A DNA stretch of 53,516 nt from Paraglomus brasilianum (taxonomy: Eukaryota): positions 1 through 53,516 of the forward strand of contig CAJVPI010000107.1 in assembly GCA_910592345.1 (NCBI GenBank), read 5' to 3'. The notes beneath the pieces were generated by a model. The model saw only the letters and a list, made by a program, of their open reading frames with translations, ran no database searches and was not told the origin of the DNA. This document shows, piece by piece, positions 46,875-53,516 of the stretch; the first letter of the stretch is position 1, and each line of letters opens with the position of its first letter. Both the position numbers and the translations under genes were made by a program.

Positions 46875-48194
46875 TAATAGGTAGAGATATACGTTTGATA
46901 AGAATAGCAATTTAATAATAGTCAAATGATTAGATTAGCACATGTCAAAATAGTGCTTCGTATTGTAAATAAACTGGATGGGCACGCTTTTAAAGATGAC
47001 ATTCTCGATGAGCAAGAACTAGAAAACATGGGGATTGACAAAGTGACACAGTATATCTAATAGGCTTGGGTGAATAACATTCCTAGAGAGCGAAGAAAAT
47101 GAAACATGGATACATTTTTACAATCACCAGACAACATCCAGGCCTTTCATACCATACAGCTAGCTTCTTCATGACAATTCACAGCCATATCCATATCTAC
47201 TGCATTTCATGACATCTCAAATGGCTGCTCTTCTCCCTTCTTCCCCACTCATATGCTATTGGTCTCCACGTCTTTTAATCGAGTGCAAACTTCGAATTTT
47301 CTCTATCATCCCACAAAAAATAACAAAAATCGAGCACTCAGAGTCAGTCAAAAATCGAAATAATCTTACTCTAACAAGTATATATTGTCTCCCGAGTCAT
47401 CGAACCACCACCACAGATTGTAAAATTTTCTGGTAATTATTTTCGGGTGCGTCCGCCACAGTCGGAATGCTAGATATTTAGACAGACCGGGGCGCGGTAA
47501 GCACCTTATGAGTATTTGTACCCTACAGCTCACAGTCTGAGAGGAAAGATTCGAAGCACCTTGTGTAGATCGGTAGACACTAATACTAATCTCGAGTAGA
47601 TCAACAATTCCTTTCCGATAGGTTGGAGTTTTGCGTTCCTTTATTTAGTTGCACCTTTTCCGATAGGTTGGTTTACTCGCGAATAGCAATCGAAATGCCA
47701 TGAGAATATCCACGGAACAAAGGGCGGATATTCCGAATAGATATAGGGATTGGCTGTTTTACAGTATGTCAAATGATATGTTTATTACCAACGTGTACTA
47801 CATTGTATACAACTACGATTATTTACGACAGTATCATGCACTTTTGGAAAAGTATTTGGTCAAGCATTTTTTAAAATGTTCAAGTTGAACATATTAACTA
47901 GGCAAAAAATTTCTTAAATGAATCTCCTGGTTTTGACAATGATGAGTGTACTGTATGTTTGTATTTGTGCGCGTAAACGCAACTAATTCCGTGCGTATGT
48001 TGTACCTCAGTTGGGTCAGTTCTGGACTGAGACAACTGAGTTCTGGACTGAGTGACTGGGTTCCGAACTGAGACAGGTCCCAAACTCAAACACAACACGT
48101 ATAAAGAAATGGGCGTTAACTAACCCTTGTATAAAGGTTAACCGAGCATTCGCGGCATCCGACACGAAAACGTAAACAATTGATGGCATTCGGC

Positions 48195-48429
48195 ATGGGA
48201 AAAGATCGTGAACTAAATGAGTCTGAACGTGGACGAATTATTGGTTTACAAATGGCTGAAAAGTTCCATAAAATCATAGCTCGTATTCTAAAAGTTTCAA
48301 AAAGCACTGCTACATATACAAATGGCTACATCAAATCTTTATGAACTTGAAAAAGTACTACAAGAAGAATGGAGAAAAATTCCGCCCAAAACTTGTACTA
48401 AACTTGTAGAAAGTATGCCACAAGGGTAG
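48195..48429 (+). mobile_element. Internally deleted Tc1 transposase (N-terminal HTH joined to C-terminus)
   Basis: MGKDRELNESERGRIIGL...IARILKVSKST is directly followed by NLYELEKVLQEEWRKIP..CTKLVESMP. The DDE core is missing. Confidence 0.75.
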
Positions 48430-48991
48430 TGTACATCATCATTTAATAATTAGTCTTCACAATAAACAACACAAAACAACCACTCATCACTTGCCTTGTG
48501 CCGACTGTCTGGCAATGATCTGTATGTACAGTAGATTAATGGCCTTGGAATTGGTAGTCTGCTTGATTTGTATTGGCTACATTTTAGCGGCAACCACCAC
48601 TTTGCTGCTTTTGATCATGGACGTCTTCTCCGAATGATGGTTACTGTTTTCAAGTCAACAATTCTAGACAGGCATTGCGTTAATTTCGTAAATAATTTTA
48701 CAGCAATTGTTGTGGTCCAAAAGTCTCCCGGTCTGTGTCGGTATTCATAATTATTTAAATTTATTTCTAAATTACATTGTTTTACATGATTGTAGATAGA
48801 GCAACTTTAAGTTCTACACATACACACAGGATATAACTTTCTTCTACTAAGCATAAGTTTTAAAGTTTTCTTTTCTTACAAGATATATTTTAAAAACAAA
48901 TTATCTATACAGTATTATTTGAATATCAACAACTAATGAGAGCCTTTTCTATGAAACATTTGAAGATAGATATTTTCAAAGATATACTAAA

Positions 48992-50228
48992 TTACATTCG
49001 TGATCCATTCTTTTTTACAGTGATACGGTAACATGATGCCAAGTATGAATTACCATTATTGAGTTCATTGTAATAATCTATTATCAATTGCTTATATCCG
49101 TCATCAGTAACTTCAAAAAGAGGCCCAAGAAAAGCACCCATTGATTCAAGTGCTTGTATGTAACATGCTAGTGCCTAACACAAGAATAAGTCAGTCCCAT
49201 GAAATACAAGTCACAAGTACGTCAAACAAAAAATGTTGAATTTTTTTTACCATTTCGCCCAATTTCCCTGCATGCTTTCCAAAACGATATTTCCTTTTGT
49301 GAACCGCTTCAACGGTAACTTTATCGCTTAATTCACCAAATGCTTCCAACACACCCTTGCTAGACATGACGTTAATTCCAGCATCAGCATAGCTCGTCAA
49401 TTCTAAAAATATATATAATGCGGTTCAGCAAAAAAAACTCTGCTACCCCAAGCATATATATATACTTACGAAGTTGGTTAAGTTTGCGACCAATTTCTCC
49501 TGGATTCATCACCATAGCATCCATGTCCATAATTTCGATATACCCTCCGGGCTTGGTCACTCTGATTAATTCTTTCATCACTTTCTCCCTCCATGCTTGC
49601 CAATCGATGCAAACTATGAGAAATGCTTGCCAAACAAAGTCGAACGAATTATCGGGAAACGGTAGACCATCGTGGACATCACATTTAATAAATGCCGCAT
49701 TGGGTGGACGCTCTTCAGGGAATAAAGGAGAAATATCTACTCCAACAAAACTTGATAGAGGAAAGTCCAAAGCCATAGCCAAAGTCCATGGTGCTCCACC
49801 ACAACTGTTAGATGACATTAAAAAAAGTTAGAGATGGTGAACGGGAGGGAAGAGGGGGAACAATAGTTTTACTTAAAAGGTAATCGGCGTATTTACCCAA
49901 CGTCAAGAACGTTGATTCCGAGTGATAGATCATGTGTAATAGGGGAAGAGTAATTGCCTTTCCATAGCACTTTATATACATAAAATTGTATGTATGCCCT
50001 ATCATGCTCTTGCTTGTCGCTAGGCAGATAACTTTTCAGTTCTTTGTCGTTGAAATAGTATCTTCCATCAATTTCTATAAATTGGTCAAACAGGTTGTAT
50101 GGAGTCATAGCCGACTCCTTTATTGGATCAAATAATGTTGCCACAGAATGAGTAGAACTAGTTTCAGAGTTGGTGTTTTCATAGTCAAAACTATCAAAGG
50201 ATGATGTTGAGGAAAACCTATCAGCCAT
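48992..50228 (-). CDS. Class I SAM-dependent methyltransferase (LaeA/TAM-like), 4 exons, 333 aa
   Basis: Exons at 50228-49897, 49804-49470, 49402-49251 and 49174-48992 total 1002 nt in frame. Motifs: IDGRYY, YLPSDKQEHDR, VLDVGCG, FVGVDISP, GLPFPDNSFDFV, ELIRVTKPGGYIE. Confidence 0.9.
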
Positions 50229-50960
50229 TTTTGTTAGAAAGTTTTGTTTTTTTTAAAGCCATGCCTAACATCTTATATATACGTTTATACCCAAGCTTAG
50301 CGCTTTTAGATGGCATCGGCAGAACTGAAAAGAGAAATGCAAATTATAGATTATGTAATAAAATCGTAAGCATCCCTAAGGTTCATGCAATAATGAACTT
50401 TCTTTTTACAATGGAATCTGTATAGTATTCATCTACATAGCCCTTGTATATGATTTGCGCAGTCGATCAGTTTATTAATTGCATTTTTAAAATAATGTAA
50501 AATATGTAACCATATTGATAATACTGCATCAAGTTTTTCGGTTAATATTCTCCCACTTTTACCGTACAAAAAAAAGAAGGGGAGGAGGTCGAGTTGCAAA
50601 GACACGGGCAAAGCGTGGGTTGTGCTTTACATTGACCTTACTTGAGATCTTTATTTTCGAGTATGTTAATATTATTTCAACTCTTTAGACTAAATTGTGT
50701 AGCGGTCGGTAAGTTTGCAATGTCACACAAATACATCCAATCAGATTAATCCGACTGATTGCCCATCTTATAAATGCAGATTTGTGATTATTTAAGGGGT
50801 TTATTCAGCAGCCTCCGTGTTACCAAACAAGGGTTTTTCCCACATTTAACGTTTTGAGCGTTTAATAAACGGCCATTTGTCTTATTGGATCATCACAACA
50901 AAAGTCAATTAGAGATGAGATTAACCGATGGGAAACTACAATAATCCCTGATATTAGCAT

Positions 50961-50963
<3 letters not shown>

Positions 50964-50992
<29 letters not shown>
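50964..50992. repeat. (CT)n microsatellite
   Basis: About 14 consecutive CT units. Confidence 0.95.
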
Positions 50993-50994
<2 letters not shown>

Positions 50995-53516
50995 ATAATG
51001 CAATACCATACACATGTGATGACTAAGAAACCGTAAAAAACGTGACTCTTTTATATATGCTATTTAATTTAAACACTCATACCAACTTTAGGTATATTAC
51101 TGACACCGTACAACCTTCAATAGATCCTCATATTAAATCTGAATGGTATTGCGTGATCACGATCATGTAACTTTTGTCCCCGAGGTTGTTGGAATCACCA
51201 CCATTGCTTCTGTTGCGCAATTGTGGCTTTGATGCTGTATTATTAATAATGTCTACTGTCCCATTCTCTGTATGGACAATAAAGAATGCACCATTCTTTG
51301 TGTAGCTTAAGAACGGCCCTAATTACACAACGGCTTAATTTGTTAATCGATTAGTTACACATATTTTAAGTTATGGATCGTGCCTCATTGCTTTTGCCAA
51401 ATTAAAAAAAAAGTCAAAAAGAACACGCATTATAATTTAGAAACCTTGCTCGTTGACATTTCGTTGACAGGATTACGTGAATGAAAGTATAATATACGTA
51501 TCACATGGCGATGCATAGCAAAATTAAGCAACCTTTTGATAGAACTTTAAACATGAATTAGCCTGTATAAGGTTTAAGTAGGGTCCTAGAGTTGAGGTAA
51601 CCGAATGAGAATGTGTATCTAAAAAAAGATCATTGAAACGCTCTTCCCAAATAGTATAGTTATTTGGCGATCAGGTAAAAAAAAAGGTATGAGCAGAACA
51701 ATATCATTTAACAAATAATAAGATATTAATTAAATTAGAGTTCGTATTGGAATTGTTTATTATGTGTACTGATATTTTTGATAACGAGAGCTCTACCGTA
51801 TTACTGTAACACTTACATAAAACTCTGCTTTCTAATATTGTATTGCTAGATTAATTCGGCCATTTGCATGACTTTATTGAACTCATCGGATAAATAGGGG
51901 GGGGGGCAAATCCAAGTCATAGAAAAGCCGAATATGTTCTATTGTAAGGGCTAACGAATATACTGTACGTTTGATTGTAATCGGCCATACAATTTATACT
52001 TGTATGGGTTTATTAATTGCTTTCAGATGCGAGAGCACAGATAATACGCTTCTGTATTGCATTATCATATCATTGAGCTTTGTACAAACGTGCACGGACC
52101 TATACAAATTGTTTGCGCTAATTATTCTGTGGCAGCAAATCTATTCGCATCGCTAATAGCTAAATTGTAGTTTGGGTACCAATAAACAGCATCGTAAGTA
52201 TGTAAACACTAGTTTTTTCTTTCTCGAACTTTCTGACAAATTTTTATAACCCAAAGTATTCGCATGCCGTTCGGCAGCCTAAAGACAGGGAAATAAACAA
52301 TTGACAAATAAAGAGAATCACAACAAGGAGTCGTAATATTCGTATTCCAACACTGCGATTGCCAAACAGATAAAAGCACATGTAACATATGCCACATAAC
52401 TGTTCTGCTACAACTTCTTGATGGGATTTGTAAATTGCCGAAATGAATTTGTACTACCCACTTGTAGCACACATGCCAAGCGTTAACCCGCGATGAATAA
52501 TCTTATATAAGCACAGACTAATCAGCGTGTGTCACTGATCAAATTCTTAACACAGTCATGCGATTCAATCAATGCAATCCTTTCCATAATGGGTCTTCAA
52601 AAGTGAGGGGAAAAAAGATCGATCAAAATATCAGTCTAAAAAATTAACAAGCCAAGCTTTTTGCGCGTTGAACGTAAATATCAACCTTTTGTCAAAAGGA
52701 TGGTTGAAAGATTCGTGACTGCAGTTCAGTTCCAACATTATTACTATGGCAATATTGTAATAATGTGTGTAACAGCAACCCAGATTGTCCCGGCTATGCA
52801 AACCTTCCGTGGAAAGAATAACCGTCATTGTATAATCGTTTTTCGACAACCCGCGTAACAATCATTGTTTGCTACAATTCTGATTGGGTGCTATGACTTT
52901 AGAAAACCAAAAAGATATTAATAATCAAACACAACAGAGATTGGCGAAAACTGCAAAACTCGGCTTTACTAATACGCATTTGGCAAAGCGGATGCAATGT
53001 TAATAGGCATCTGCAAATTTGCGTTTTTAACAGGTTATTATCTGACAATGACAAAAATAAACTTTCAGATGTATAAACGCTCTTTTTCTTGTTATTGTTG
53101 TCGCCATGTCGGTAATTTCGCAATTTGTCATTCCGGTTACACAATTATGGGTTTTAGTGGAGATAAAGATCTGCCGCAGATCGTATAATCTCGAATTTAC
53201 GAAAGTATAAAAAAAAACCATTCCAAAAAGCACAGACATAATATACAAAATATAACACCGAGTATACAGAAATGATGGTGGTTTTATAAAGTATAAAGGT
53301 TTTAATCGATATTAATATATACATTATTATTATATATAATACGAATAGTACCGGATTTACTGCAATTGGCAATAAATACTTTTTGACCATGCCTTATTAA
53401 TCTTCATACGCCGTATCACGGGACCATATAAACTTCATCTATTGGTACATCTTGATTACTCATTGATTATATAACAATTTTTCGCTTACACAAAAGCAAA
53501 AAGTATATAATATTAT

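Noticed and set aside
47445..47680. GC-richer stretch checked for a hammerhead ribozyme or other structured RNA
   Set aside because: CTGAGAG..GAAA does not match the CUGANGA core with proper flanking stems. Only a short direct repeat (TTCCGATAGGTTGG) is evident.
47996..48100. GTTCTGGACTGAG repeats with weak inverted ends (possible hAT-like mini-element)
   Set aside because: The TIR is too degenerate and no target duplication is visible.
52209..53390. Hydrophobic minus-strand ORF fragments suggesting a membrane-protein gene
   Set aside because: Frequent stops, no consistent splice model and no recognisable family. AT-rich DNA readily yields hydrophobic ORFs.

Overview
AT-rich, intron-containing eukaryotic DNA. 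The gene repertoire (BTB-BACK-TLDc, Sel1/TPR relics, HSPA12-type Hsp70, P2X channels) suggests an early-diverging fungus, most likely an arbuscular mycorrhizal fungus (Glomeromycotina); this assignment is an inference. Gene models I spliced by hand: a 9-exon HSPA12-like Hsp70, two same-strand 5-exon P2X receptor homologues ~15.6 kb apart that flank a 7TM GPCR-like gene and a BTB-BACK-TLDc gene, a YbaK-domain gene with a GC-AG intron, an uncharacterised membrane protein, a second BTB protein with a long disordered insert, and a SAM-dependent methyltransferase. RNA genes: U1 snRNA and tRNA-Asn(GTT). Pseudogenes: TPR, Sel1 and Zn-dependent dehydrogenase. Intergenic DNA holds many nested TA-flanked Tc1/pogo-derived elements. 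The most interesting signal is the P2X pair. Both copies appear intact, both lack the canonical ATP-binding basic residues, and one carries a Lys at the TM2 glycine position. This suggests a non-canonical ligand-gated channel pair located next to a GPCR. All alignments were made by eye against remembered family motifs; no searches were run.
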